Shown here: positions 9,815-19,202 of the stretch, one piece after another
How positions within the stretch are numbered: position 1 is the first letter of the stretch
How the letters are laid out: the number at the start of each line of letters is the position of its first letter
Origin: Bacteroidota bacterium
GTDB taxonomy: Bacteria; Bacteroidota; Bacteroidia; Chitinophagales; UBA10324
Length of the DNA stretch: 64,000 nucleotides
Assembly (NCBI GenBank): GCA_014190575.1
Contig: BJGQ01000014.1
Span: forward strand, 1,303-65,302
Reading direction: 5' to 3'
Program-made: the position numbers and the translations under genes
Notes under the pieces: model-generated
The model's input: only the letters and a program-made list of their open reading frames with translations
Told to the model about the DNA's origin: nothing
The model's database searches: none

Positions 9815-12145
9815 TTATACTGCTGGTTCCGTTTCAGTATTTTCTTCGAAGCGAGTTACTGTTAATATTCCTTCGAGGTCTTTCATGCTATCCATTAAAT
9901 CCTGAAGTTGCTGTGTGTCCTTCACAAACACTTTTATAATCCCTTCAAACAATCCATCCTTTGTTTCAATGGTAATTGATTGCATATTAATTTTTGCTTC
10001 GCCTGAAATTACATTGGTAATTTTATACATGACTCCAACATCATCAATGCCTGTAATTTTTAATCCGGTGAGAAATGTTATCTGATGTTGCTTGGTCCAC
10101 TTGGTACGAACAATTTTATAACCATACTTCGAAATAGAATTTATAGCCTTCGGACAATTTGGTCTGTGAATTTCAACTTCTCCGTTTTTACCAATGAAAC
10201 CAAACACATCATCTCCCGGAATTGGTTTGCAACATTCTGCTAAATTGTAATCAACAGTTTCTGATCCTTCGCCAAACACAAACAGATTTGCGTTGTGTTG
10301 CAGTTTATTTTTTATGGCGAGTTCTACATCAACACTACTTTTCTTTTCCTTATTCCGTAATTCAATTTCATCGCCCTGCTTAACAAAATTCTGAATCTCG
10401 CTGATGTGAAAATTGCCGACACCAATGCTGTAATACAAATCATTCAGGTTGGTGAGTTTATAAAATCCCAACAATTTATTCAGATTTGGATTATTAAAAT
10501 TCACTTTGTAATCTCTGAAAATATTTTCCAATGCCTTTTTCCCAATGGAAATGATGCGGCGACGCTCTTCCCGAAAAATATCTTTTAGTTTCGATTTTGC
10601 TTTTGCGGTCACCACATAATTCATCCAGTCTTCTGAAGGCTTCATTTTTTTTGAAGTAAGAATTTCCACCTGATCACCATTATTCAATCGGTGACTTATA
10701 GGAACAATTTTTTGATTCAGTTTTGCTCCTATGCATCGGTAGCCGACATCAGAATGAATTTCAAAAGCGAAATCAAGTATGGTTGAATTTTTTGGCAACA
10801 CCTTCATGTCTCCCTTCGGAGTGAACACATAAATTTCATCGGCAAAAAGATTCAGTTTAAAATCATCAATAAAATCGAGTGTGTTGGTATCAGGATTTTC
10901 CAGCAACTCACGAATGCTTCGCAGCCAATCATCCACAGCAGATTCACCAGATTGTTTTTCCTTTTCTTTCTCCTTGTACTTCCAATGTGCGGCATATCCC
11001 TTCTCAGCTATTTCATCCATTCGACGAGTGCGAATTTGCACTTCAACCCATTTTCCTTTTGGTCCCATTACAGTGGTGTGCAATGCTTCATAACCATTTG
11101 CTTTCGGGGTAGAAATCCAATCGCGCAATCGATCAGGATTCGGATGATAAAAATCGGTGACAATAGAATATACCCGCCAGCAATCTGCTTTTTCATTTTC
11201 AATATCTGAATCAATTATAATGCGAATCGCAAATTTATCATACACTTCATCGAAGAGTACTCCTTGCTCTTTCATCTTTCTCCAAATGGAAGAAATAGAT
11301 TTTGGTCGCCCGAAAATTTCAAACTTTTTTATTCCATGTTCCGGAATAACTTCTTTTACCGGTTTTATAAATTCATTAATATACCTATCTCTTTCCTTTT
11401 TTGAACCAGCAAGTTTTAAAGTAATCTGCTTATAAATTTTAGGTTCAGAATATTTGAGAGACAAGTCTTCCAACTCAGTTTTTATCGCATACAAACCTAA
11501 TCGGTGGGCGAGCGGAACATAGAGATAAACAGTTTCTGATGCAATTTTCAATTGCTTGTTGCGCGGCATTGAATCCATGGTGCGCATGTTGTGCAAACGA
11601 TCGGCAAGTTTTATTAAAATAACACGAACATCTTTTGCAAGCGTGAGCAAAATTTTGCGAATGTTTTCGGCCTGCACAAAACCATGCTGATCAAAAATGA
11701 CGGCAATTTTTGTGAGCCCATCAATTATCTCTTTTACTTTTTTTCCGAATTCGCGTTCAACATCTTCCAGTGTAATTTCGGTATCTTCCACTACATCGTG
11801 CAGCAGTGCGCATATCACACCAACCGGTCCAAGACCAATTTCTTTTGCCACAATTTGCGCAACAGCCAGCGGATGTAAAATATATGGTTCGCCACTGCGG
11901 CGGCGCATTTCCTTGTGTGCATCCAATGCCATTTCAAACGCCAGGCGAATTTGTTTGTGATCGCCTTTTTGCATTTGTGGTTTCAGCGACAATAATAAAT
12001 TACGATATTGTTTTAAAATTTCTTTCCGTTCCAGGTTAGTAATGGAATCATCGGCTTCCTTTTTTTCAGAAACAATATTCGAAGGTGCTGATTGAATTTT
12101 TTCATCAACAATACTATCCTTCTTTGTTTCTTTCAGTTCACTCAT
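9815..12145 (-). CDS. relA: bifunctional (p)ppGpp synthetase/hydrolase, RelA/SpoT homologue
   Basis: HD hydrolase motif (HDVVEDT), RelA/SpoT synthetase region (YRSLHT-like GYEALHTTV), and TGS and ACT-like C-terminal regions. The protein is 776 aa. Confidence 0.9.
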   Translation of the reverse strand: MSELKETKKDSIVDEKIQSAPSNIVSEKKEADDSITNLERKEILKQYRNLLLSLKPQMQKGDHKQIRLAFEMALDAHKEMRRRSGEPYILHPLAVAQIVAKEIGLGPVGVICALLHDVVEDTEITLEDVEREFGKKVKEIIDGLTKIAVIFDQHGFVQAENIRKILLTLAKDVRVILIKLADRLHNMRTMDSMPRNKQLKIASETVYLYVPLAHRLGLYAIKTELEDLSLKYSEPKIYKQITLKLAGSKKERDRYINEFIKPVKEVIPEHGIKKFEIFGRPKSISSIWRKMKEQGVLFDEVYDKFAIRIIIDSDIENEKADCWRVYSIVTDFYHPNPDRLRDWISTPKANGYEALHTTVMGPKGKWVEVQIRTRRMDEIAEKGYAAHWKYKEKEKEKQSGESAVDDWLRSIRELLENPDTNTLDFIDDFKLNLFADEIYVFTPKGDMKVLPKNSTILDFAFEIHSDVGYRCIGAKLNQKIVPISHRLNNGDQVEILTSKKMKPSEDWMNYVVTAKAKSKLKDIFREERRRIISIGKKALENIFRDYKVNFNNPNLNKLLGFYKLTNLNDLYYSIGVGNFHISEIQNFVKQGDEIELRNKEKKSSVDVELAIKNKLQHNANLFVFGEGSETVDYNLAECCKPIPGDDVFGFIGKNGEVEIHRPNCPKAINSISKYGYKIVRTKWTKQHQITFLTGLKITGIDDVGVMYKITNVISGEAKINMQSITIETKDGLFEGIIKVFVKDTQQLQDLMDSMKDLEGILTVTRFEENTETEPAV

Positions 12146-12152
12146 AAGTTGT

Positions 12153-14858
12153 TCAATTTACAACAACAATTTTTTGTTGCCATAATTTAATGGCTGAGTG
12201 AACTGATAAAATATACATTCCTGCCGACGCATTCTTCATTGAAAAAGTATTTATGATTGAACCTGAAAATTTTCCATATTGAAATTTTCGGCCTGTTAAA
12301 TCACATACTTCAAAGTCATACATATTTTCATCAGGTAACTGAATACTAATTTTTCCATTGGAAGATTGAACCGGATTTGGAAAAACAATTATTGAATTTT
12401 GTTTTGGAATTTCTTTTAATGAAACCAAATTGAGCGGAGAATCTAAAACCAATACATAAGATGAATATGGATTCAGGGTGTATAAACCTGTAACCATGTT
12501 TCCATCCAAATCACGAAAAACAGAATCAGTACCAAGCGGTACTGTAATTGTATTTGGTGAATAGTTCATTAATAAAACTGACATGTGTGAAGAGTCGTGT
12601 TTGAAAACAGAAACAGGAAACAGATGAATATTATCGAAATAAACGAGAGAATCACTTTTATGTAATTCAAAATTCAACCCAAGTGGGTTACCGTATGTTG
12701 AGGATTGAAAAAAATAATTAAAATCTTTTCGAAAAGTTTGAATCGGGAAATATTTATTAATGCCAATACCATCATAAGGTGCAATTTGCTCAGTGATATC
12801 CGAATGTAAAATTCCGTTTTTAAATCCTGCAGAGGAAAAAGACATTTGATAAAACTGATTTATCTGTAAAGCAAAATCATTTGAAACAGCCTTTGCGTAT
12901 TCATAAGGTATCGTATCAGTTACTTCAAATTTTATACAACCATTATCCATCATCGTTAAGTTGTCGAGTAAAAGTGAATTATTACCAGAAGGTTCAGTAT
13001 TCCATCCATCATAATTATTAGAAAAATTTCCGTTCATAATTAAATCGCTACCAATTGTATCAGTTACATAATAATTCAACCATTCAACATTTGAAACATG
13101 ACTGTTAGAATCCTGCAAGGTTGCCTGCTGCCACAATGGAAGTGAAAATATTTTTTCGCTAACGACAGTATCCGAAACAGATTTTTGATAAATTGGAAAA
13201 TAGTCGTAGGGATTACAGTAATAATTGCTATCTCCTTTCAGAGGAAGAAAATTATTATTTATTCCAGTAAGTTGAATAGATTTTTGTTTATCATTTAATG
13301 AATACAAAATGTTGTGGTTAAATTGAATATTATTAGTTGAGTTTATCGGATCACCATCAGCTATAAAAAGTTGACCATCTTGATTATTATAAATCACATT
13401 TCCCTTTAAAAAATGATTTTGATTATACGGCCCGATATAAATTCCATAGGAATCAGAATTAACTATTGTGTTGTTTATGATTGAGTCGCTCTGAATATTT
13501 TCAGCAAAATATATCCCATAAGAAGATTTTTCAGGTGATGTTGTTCCTTCAATATTTCCAATAGTATTTAAAATAAAATTATTAAAAACAAAACTTGAAC
13601 TAAGACCAAAAAACATCATCCCACCTCCACCATCAAGAAGAAGCATACTATGATTAACAATATTTTCTTCAAACCGATTATAGGAATTATAACATCTAAT
13701 TCCACCATATCCACAACTATCTATAGAATTGTGAATAACAGTATCTAATATCCCTGAAGATAGATGAATTCCTATTCCCTGGCAATAATTTTCAAACCCA
13801 AAACCTCTTTCCAAACCTATTCGTTGAATATGATTATTGGCAATTCTGCAATGGAAAAAAAACAAAGAAAAAATTCCTTCTCCGCCACAATCTTCTATAT
13901 CATTTCCAATTAAACGACAATATGTTGTTGTTTGTTGAAAATTGATTGCCCGTTCTTTACATTTTTTAAAGGAACAATTTTCAATTACAATTCCAACTCC
14001 TACGCCTTGTATATGAATGGCATCTTTAGATTGACCGGAAAATTCAATATTATCTATAATTATATAGCTCAAATCATTAATTGAATAAAAACCATAATCA
14101 ATTACCGAAGCCTGAACATCTGAATTAATTAAACTTGTTCCATTGGGTGGTATAATAAATACCTGGTTTGACAATGTATCACAGAACCATTCATTTGCTG
14201 TATCAAGTTCTGAAAGTTTATTATAAAAAAAGAAACCATAAAACTGTGGAATATTATATTGTGTAGGATTTGTTAATATAATATTCCCTTGAAAATAAGT
14301 ATCGATCTTACTCATTTCATATCTAATTCCACTTGAACGAATTGCAACACTTGCATTGTCCCAATAACCATTTGGATTTGACAATAAATTATTAAAAAGT
14401 AAATTATTGCCATTGGGATGAAAGTTTGAAATAAAACCACTATTTGGATATCGCGCTATTTGCATCCATTTCCCATTGTACCAAATACTTTTTATATTGT
14501 TTGTATCACTAACTGAATAAATATTTCCAGTGGTAGTCCAAGCAGTAAGTTTTTTAAAACCCGAAATTATCGGCAATGTTCCAGTTCCATATCTACCAAA
14601 GTATATTGGAGAATTTATACCTCCTGAATTATGAATAACAATTGTTCCAAAAAATGTATCTCCGCTTTTCAATAAAACAGAATCTCCTGGGAATAGATTT
14701 ATAATATTTAATCTGTCTAAAGTTTGCCAGGCCGAATCAGGAAATATTCCGGAATAATTATCGTCACCTGAACTTGATGACAAATAATAAGTGGTTGCAT
14801 TTACCCTTAGGGAGTTAATACCGAAAATAAAAACAATCGTTAAAATAAATTTCTTCAT
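12153..14858 (-). CDS. secreted right-handed parallel beta-helix repeat protein with T9SS C-terminal sorting domain
   Basis: Signal peptide, many N..I.N..G.GI beta-helix-type repeats, and a C-terminus ..IIVFPNPVQSSNGKISIQL...GMYILSV...KIVVVN typical of the Por_Secre_tail domain. Confidence 0.7.
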   Translation of the reverse strand: MKKFILTIVFIFGINSLRVNATTYYLSSSSGDDNYSGIFPDSAWQTLDRLNIINLFPGDSVLLKSGDTFFGTIVIHNSGGINSPIYFGRYGTGTLPIISGFKKLTAWTTTGNIYSVSDTNNIKSIWYNGKWMQIARYPNSGFISNFHPNGNNLLFNNLLSNPNGYWDNASVAIRSSGIRYEMSKIDTYFQGNIILTNPTQYNIPQFYGFFFYNKLSELDTANEWFCDTLSNQVFIIPPNGTSLINSDVQASVIDYGFYSINDLSYIIIDNIEFSGQSKDAIHIQGVGVGIVIENCSFKKCKERAINFQQTTTYCRLIGNDIEDCGGEGIFSLFFFHCRIANNHIQRIGLERGFGFENYCQGIGIHLSSGILDTVIHNSIDSCGYGGIRCYNSYNRFEENIVNHSMLLLDGGGGMMFFGLSSSFVFNNFILNTIGNIEGTTSPEKSSYGIYFAENIQSDSIINNTIVNSDSYGIYIGPYNQNHFLKGNVIYNNQDGQLFIADGDPINSTNNIQFNHNILYSLNDKQKSIQLTGINNNFLPLKGDSNYYCNPYDYFPIYQKSVSDTVVSEKIFSLPLWQQATLQDSNSHVSNVEWLNYYVTDTIGSDLIMNGNFSNNYDGWNTEPSGNNSLLLDNLTMMDNGCIKFEVTDTIPYEYAKAVSNDFALQINQFYQMSFSSAGFKNGILHSDITEQIAPYDGIGINKYFPIQTFRKDFNYFFQSSTYGNPLGLNFELHKSDSLVYFDNIHLFPVSVFKHDSSHMSVLLMNYSPNTITVPLGTDSVFRDLDGNMVTGLYTLNPYSSYVLVLDSPLNLVSLKEIPKQNSIIVFPNPVQSSNGKISIQLPDENMYDFEVCDLTGRKFQYGKFSGSIINTFSMKNASAGMYILSVHSAIKLWQQKIVVVN

Positions 14859-15002
14859 CAGGGCTGAAATGTAACACTAACTGTTTGTGTCAACTTTGTA
14901 AAAATATCAACGAAGACAATGTGTATCATTTTAATATTCATTTCTGACAGCATGATGGCTTCATTTACTTTCACGAAAATTTAGTTCAAAAATAATTCAT
15001 CA

Positions 15003-15767
15003 ATGGCTGCGACCACACAAACAGGTAAAGAAATAAATGAAGAAAAAACTTCTTCGTTAAAAAAATTACTTGAAGCCGGTCGCACGCTGCAACAAGCGGG
15101 TAATCATCATCACCCGTTCAATGAAAAATTAGAATGGATTGAAACACTTATTCATACTGAAGAATTGGAGCGAAGAAGATTTGCCGAATACCTGAATGAT
15201 GAGTTGGGTGCCATGCTCGCCGGTATCAAACTAAAATTTTCGTCAATTGAAAAAGATACTCTCAATTTATCTGTGGATTCAAAAGAATCATTTAACGCCG
15301 GAGTTAATTTATTGGATGATGCAATTGAACAAATCAGAAATCTCGCGCATCATGAAATGCCGATAAATATGGATTTCGGCTTAACCAATGCAATTAACAA
15401 TTTAGTTAATCGGATAAATGATTCTGCATTGCTGGCTATTCAAATTCACATTATCAATTCTGAAATTAGTTTACCAATTGCTTTGGAAACAACGGCGTAC
15501 AGAATTTTACAGGAGTTACTTAAAAATATATTGTATCACTCTAAAGCAATTAACTCAAGTATTTTTATTTACCAGCATGGTTCAACTTTGCTTATTGAAA
15601 TTTCGGACGATGGAATTGGATTTAATTATCAAAAGGAATTGCATCATCCACGCGGCCTTGGTTTGAAAAAAATATTTCAGCGTGTGCAAATGCTTGGTGG
15701 AAAAATTGATGTGCTCTCCACTCAAAAAATCGGAACTAAGTTCAGTATTGAACTTCCACTTAAATAA
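15003..15767 (+). CDS. soluble HisKA_3/HATPase_c histidine-kinase-like protein; H-box His replaced by Asn
   Basis: The ATP-lid motifs are intact (N box LQELLKNILYHSKA, G1 DDGIGF, G2 GLGLKKI). The dimerisation/H-box reads ERRRFAEYLNDELGAML where the family consensus is ER.RIA.ELHD. No transmembrane or sensor domain is visible. Confidence 0.75.
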   Translation: MAATTQTGKEINEEKTSSLKKLLEAGRTLQQAGNHHHPFNEKLEWIETLIHTEELERRRFAEYLNDELGAMLAGIKLKFSSIEKDTLNLSVDSKESFNAGVNLLDDAIEQIRNLAHHEMPINMDFGLTNAINNLVNRINDSALLAIQIHIINSEISLPIALETTAYRILQELLKNILYHSKAINSSIFIYQHGSTLLIEISDDGIGFNYQKELHHPRGLGLKKIFQRVQMLGGKIDVLSTQKIGTKFSIELPLK

Positions 15768-15875
15768 ATCAACAAGTACTATTCACAAATTGTGGTTAGC
15801 AATAACGAGCTAACCTTTCCGTTCATTGTATTTTCCCCTGATATTTTTGATTCACAAATTCAATAAGAAATAATT

Positions 15876-16562
15876 ATGGAACTTATTAAAATTTTTGTTG
15901 CCGACGATCATCAACTTTTTATTGAAGGGATTAAAGCATTGACTCGCGACAGTCAGGAAGTTAAATTGATTGGGGAGGCTGAGAACGGCGAAGATTTATT
16001 AAATCAACTAAAAACAAATGTGCCCGATGTTATTTTAATGGATATTAATATGCCCAAGATAAATGGCATTGAGGCAACAAAAAAAATTCGCCAACTATAT
16101 CCTGATATTAAAATTTTAGCACTCACCATGTTTGATGATACCTTGTATGTATCAGAGATGATAAAAGCAGGAGCTTCAGGATACTTATTAAAGAATGCAG
16201 GACGAGCCGAACTCATTACTGCCATTACAACTGTGTTTAAAGGCGAACGATATGTGAGCAGTGAAGTATCGCTCAAGATGATTGATAAAATGAATGCCGG
16301 CGATCACTCTTCGACAGAAAATAGAATGCCCCTGGTTCGCAAATCAGAAGTGACCAAGAAGGAATTGGAAATATTAAAACTCATTGCAACAGAATTAACC
16401 AATTCTGAAATAGCAATGAAGTTGAACAATAGTCCGATGACCATAATTACTCACCGGAAAAATTTATTACGCAAACTCGGTGTAAAAAATACCGCCGGGC
16501 TTATTAAGTACGCAATGGAAAACGGTATGCTGAACGATGATTATCAGATAGGTAAGCATTAA
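15876..16562 (+). CDS. response regulator, NarL/LuxR family (REC + HTH)
   Basis: The REC acidic pocket DD (ADDHQ), phospho-acceptor context ILMDINMP and conserved K (GYLLKN) are present. The C-terminal LuxR HTH reads LTKKELEILKLIATELTNSEIAMKL. Confidence 0.9.
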   Translation: MELIKIFVADDHQLFIEGIKALTRDSQEVKLIGEAENGEDLLNQLKTNVPDVILMDINMPKINGIEATKKIRQLYPDIKILALTMFDDTLYVSEMIKAGASGYLLKNAGRAELITAITTVFKGERYVSSEVSLKMIDKMNAGDHSSTENRMPLVRKSEVTKKELEILKLIATELTNSEIAMKLNNSPMTIITHRKNLLRKLGVKNTAGLIKYAMENGMLNDDYQIGKH

Positions 16563-16744
16563 TTTTATTACACCTACTTAATTCAATTTCCATCTATGTT
16601 ATAGAAGGCTAGCTTTGCTTTTATAAAAATATTTAAAAAATATTTTATTCTGTGTAACCTAATTTGAATTGGTTTGTAGAAGACCTCAAACACAGAGGAA
16701 AACACAAAAGGAAATTCGTTCAAACCGAAAATTTTTCAAGATTT

Positions 16745-16814
16745 AACCGCCTTCTTCCACGCTCACTTTAGGTTTGGTGTTTTACCTGACGGGAGATTTG
16801 AAGGCGGTTTTTTT
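16745..16814 (+). terminator. long hairpin plus T-run (10-bp stem AACCGCCTTC/GAAGGCGGTT, 45-nt loop)
   Basis: The arms at 16745-16754 and 16800-16809 are perfectly complementary and are followed by TTTTTTT. The hairpin lies 180 nt downstream of the response-regulator stop and 90 nt upstream of tRNA-Leu. Confidence 0.45.
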
Positions 16815-16873
16815 ATTTCCAGTATTCCCGATAATATTTTTTTTCTTTCACACTTTCCAACTCCATTCTGTAT

Positions 16874-16881
16874 TACATTTG
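16874..16881 (+). promoter_or_regulatory. candidate Bacteroidota -7 promoter element (TACATTTG = TAnnTTTG) for tRNA-Leu
   Basis: It matches the TAnnTTTG consensus exactly and lies 20 nt upstream of the mature tRNA 5' end. Confidence 0.35.
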
Positions 16882-16900
16882 CCGTCCCTGAAAAATAAAT

Positions 16901-16982
16901 GCGGGTATGGCGAAATTGGCAGACGCGCCAGACTTAGGATCTGGTGCCGCGAGGCATGTGGGTTCGACCCCCTCTACCCGCA
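16901..16982 (+). tRNA. tRNA-Leu (anticodon TAG)
   Basis: Acceptor stem GCGGGTA/TACCCGC, anticodon arm CCAGA-CTTAGGA-TCTGG, long variable arm and T-loop TTCGACC. There is one T.T mismatch in the T stem. No CCA is encoded. Confidence 0.85.
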
Positions 16983-17120
16983 CTTTGTTTTAGTTATCAG
17001 GTGATTACTAAATCAGATATTAGTAGCAATAGCACTTCAATAAAAACAGGCAACCTGAATTAACAGTATCTTCGAAAAAATCACAATCACATTACGAATT
17101 AATAATCAGAAATTTTTAGC

Positions 17121-18500
17121 ATGAACATTACCAAAGAAAATCTCAACGACCTGCATGTTCAGGTTAACATCAACATTGCTCCTGATGATTACTTGCCGAA
17201 AGTGGAAGAAGCAATAAAAGTTTACAGCAAGAAATTAAATATGCCGGGTTTCAGAAAAGGACATGTGCCTTTAGGTATGGCAAAAAAAATGGTGGGTAAT
17301 GAAATGCTTGCCGAAGAATTGAACAAACTGATTGGCGAAACACTCGACAATTATATTAAAGAAGAGAAGTTGCAGATTCTTGGTCAACCACTTCCGGTTG
17401 AAGACATGAAGAAGCAGCAAATAAATATTCAATCTCCATCTTCTTATGATTTTCGTTTTGAGTTGGGATTGGTAAGTGATTTTCAATTGCCTGATTTAGC
17501 TGCGAAAGAATTTTTGAATTATGAAGTGAAGCCTGATGAGAAAACTGTTTTGGATGAAGTTGAAAAATTGAAAGTTCGTTACGGCACCACTGAAGAAACT
17601 GATACAATAGTTAAAGATTCTGTTCTGTCAATCATTTTCAAAGAATTGAATGAAGATGAAAGTGAAAAAATGAATGGCATTGAAACAACCCGCAGAATTT
17701 CAATTGAATCGTTCAGTAATGAAGTTGTAAAGAATAAAATAATGGCTTTGAAAAAAGGTGAATTATTAGTGATAAATCTTTTTGAAGCATATAGTAATAA
17801 TGTAGAATTAATCATTCACAACATTCTTGACATCAATCACGATCAGGCGCACGGCATGAGTCATACTTTTAAAGTGACCATTGATGGAATATTTGAAGTG
17901 AAGAAAACTGAACTCAATCAGGATTTATACAATCGTTTGTTTGGAGAAGGAATTGTGAACAACGAAGTTGAGTTGCATGAAAAAATAAAAGAGGAATTAT
18001 CACGCTCTTACAAAGATTCATCTCATCAAAAATTGTTAAATGATATTTCAACTTACCTTATTGATAATACTACAATCAATTTTCCAGAAGATTTTTTAAA
18101 GAAATGGATTCTGTCGTACAACGAAAAACCTGTTACTCCCGAGCAAGTGGAAAATGAGTTTGGCCAATTTACACGACAGTTGAAATGGGACTTAATTACC
18201 GAGCGCGTTTCAAAAGAAAACGATATTAAAATAGAAGGTGCTGAATTGAAAGCCTTCGCCATGCAGCGCCTGCGCGAACATTACTTTGCTGGTCAGGTAA
18301 ATGAAATGGTGGAACAATATTTAACTCAGATGGCCGACAAGATGATGACAGAAGAAAAATCGCGCCGCAACTATTTTAACATGTTGATGGAGGAAAAGTT
18401 ATTTGCCGAATTAAAGAAAAAGGCAAATATTCAACCGCGTGAAATTTCATATGACGAGTTCATTCATCTGGAAGGACAACACAATCATCACCACCACTAA
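17121..18500 (+). CDS. tig: trigger factor
   Basis: The ribosome-binding N-domain has the GFRKGHVP signature, and the gene lies immediately upstream of clpP-clpX. The protein is 459 aa and ends EGQHNHHHH. Confidence 0.9.
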   Translation: MNITKENLNDLHVQVNINIAPDDYLPKVEEAIKVYSKKLNMPGFRKGHVPLGMAKKMVGNEMLAEELNKLIGETLDNYIKEEKLQILGQPLPVEDMKKQQINIQSPSSYDFRFELGLVSDFQLPDLAAKEFLNYEVKPDEKTVLDEVEKLKVRYGTTEETDTIVKDSVLSIIFKELNEDESEKMNGIETTRRISIESFSNEVVKNKIMALKKGELLVINLFEAYSNNVELIIHNILDINHDQAHGMSHTFKVTIDGIFEVKKTELNQDLYNRLFGEGIVNNEVELHEKIKEELSRSYKDSSHQKLLNDISTYLIDNTTINFPEDFLKKWILSYNEKPVTPEQVENEFGQFTRQLKWDLITERVSKENDIKIEGAELKAFAMQRLREHYFAGQVNEMVEQYLTQMADKMMTEEKSRRNYFNMLMEEKLFAELKKKANIQPREISYDEFIHLEGQHNHHHH

Positions 18501-18515
18501 AAAATTAAAACACAA

Positions 18516-19202
18516 ATGGATTACGGAAAAGAATTCAGAAACTACGCAATAAAGCACAGAGGAATCGGGGCAGTTACAGTTGACTCTGTAATGAAGCACC
18601 AGATAACTAATCTCACTCCATATATTATTGAAGAGCGCCCGATGAATGTTGCATCAATGGATGTGTTCTCTCGATTAATGATGGACAGAATAATTTTTAT
18701 GGGAGAAGGAATTAATGATTATGTAGCCAATGTTATTCAGGCGCAATTGTTATTTCTTGAATCAGCTGATGCAAAACGCGATATCCAGATTTACATCAAT
18801 AGTCCTGGTGGTTCAGTGTATGCTGGTTTGGGAATTTATGATACCATGCAATACATTCAACCTGATGTTGCAACCATTTGTACAGGCATTGCTGCTTCAA
18901 TGGCTGCCGTACTTTTGTGTGCAGGTCACAAAGGAAAACGAACTGCTTTGCCGCACTCAAGAGTAATGATTCATCAACCAATGGGTGGAGCTGAAGGACA
19001 AGCAAGTGACATAGAAATTACAGCGCGTGAAATTTTGAAACTGAAAAAAGAGTTGTATGAAATCATTGCCTTGCATTCTAATCAGCAATTTAAAAAAGTA
19101 GAAAAAGACAGTGACCGCGATTACTGGATGCTTGCACAGGAAGCAAAAGAATACGGTATGATTGACGAAGTTTTGATTAAGAAAACTCCAAACGCAGGAT
19201 GA
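18516..19202 (+). CDS. clpP: ATP-dependent Clp protease proteolytic subunit
   Basis: [18 protein letters not shown], catalytic Ser context [11 protein letters not shown], and His context RVMIHQP. Confidence 0.95.
   Translation: MDYGKEFRNYAIKHRGIGAVTVDSVMKHQITNLTPYIIEERPMNVASMDVFSRLMMDRIIFMGEGINDYVANVIQAQLLFLESADAKRDIQIYINSPGGSVYAGLGIYDTMQYIQPDVATICTGIAASMAAVLLCAGHKGKRTALPHSRVMIHQPMGGAEGQASDIEITAREILKLKKELYEIIALHSNQQFKKVEKDSDRDYWMLAQEAKEYGMIDEVLIKKTPNAG

Noticed and set aside
16774-17004. 76-aa ORF overlapping tRNA-Leu. Likewise 28762..28974 overlaps tRNA-Ser(GGA) and 29915..30172 overlaps tRNA-Pro and tRNA-Ser(GCT).
   Set aside because: The cloverleaf tRNAs fully explain these sequences, and the ORFs are translation artefacts of GC-rich tRNA DNA in an AT-rich genome.
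18477-18500. The HHHH tail of trigger factor as an engineered His-tag, or evidence of a cloned construct.
   Set aside because: The sequence is HNHHHH with mixed CAT/CAC codons, has no linker, protease site or vector sequence, and sits in normal chromosomal context (tig-clpP-clpX).
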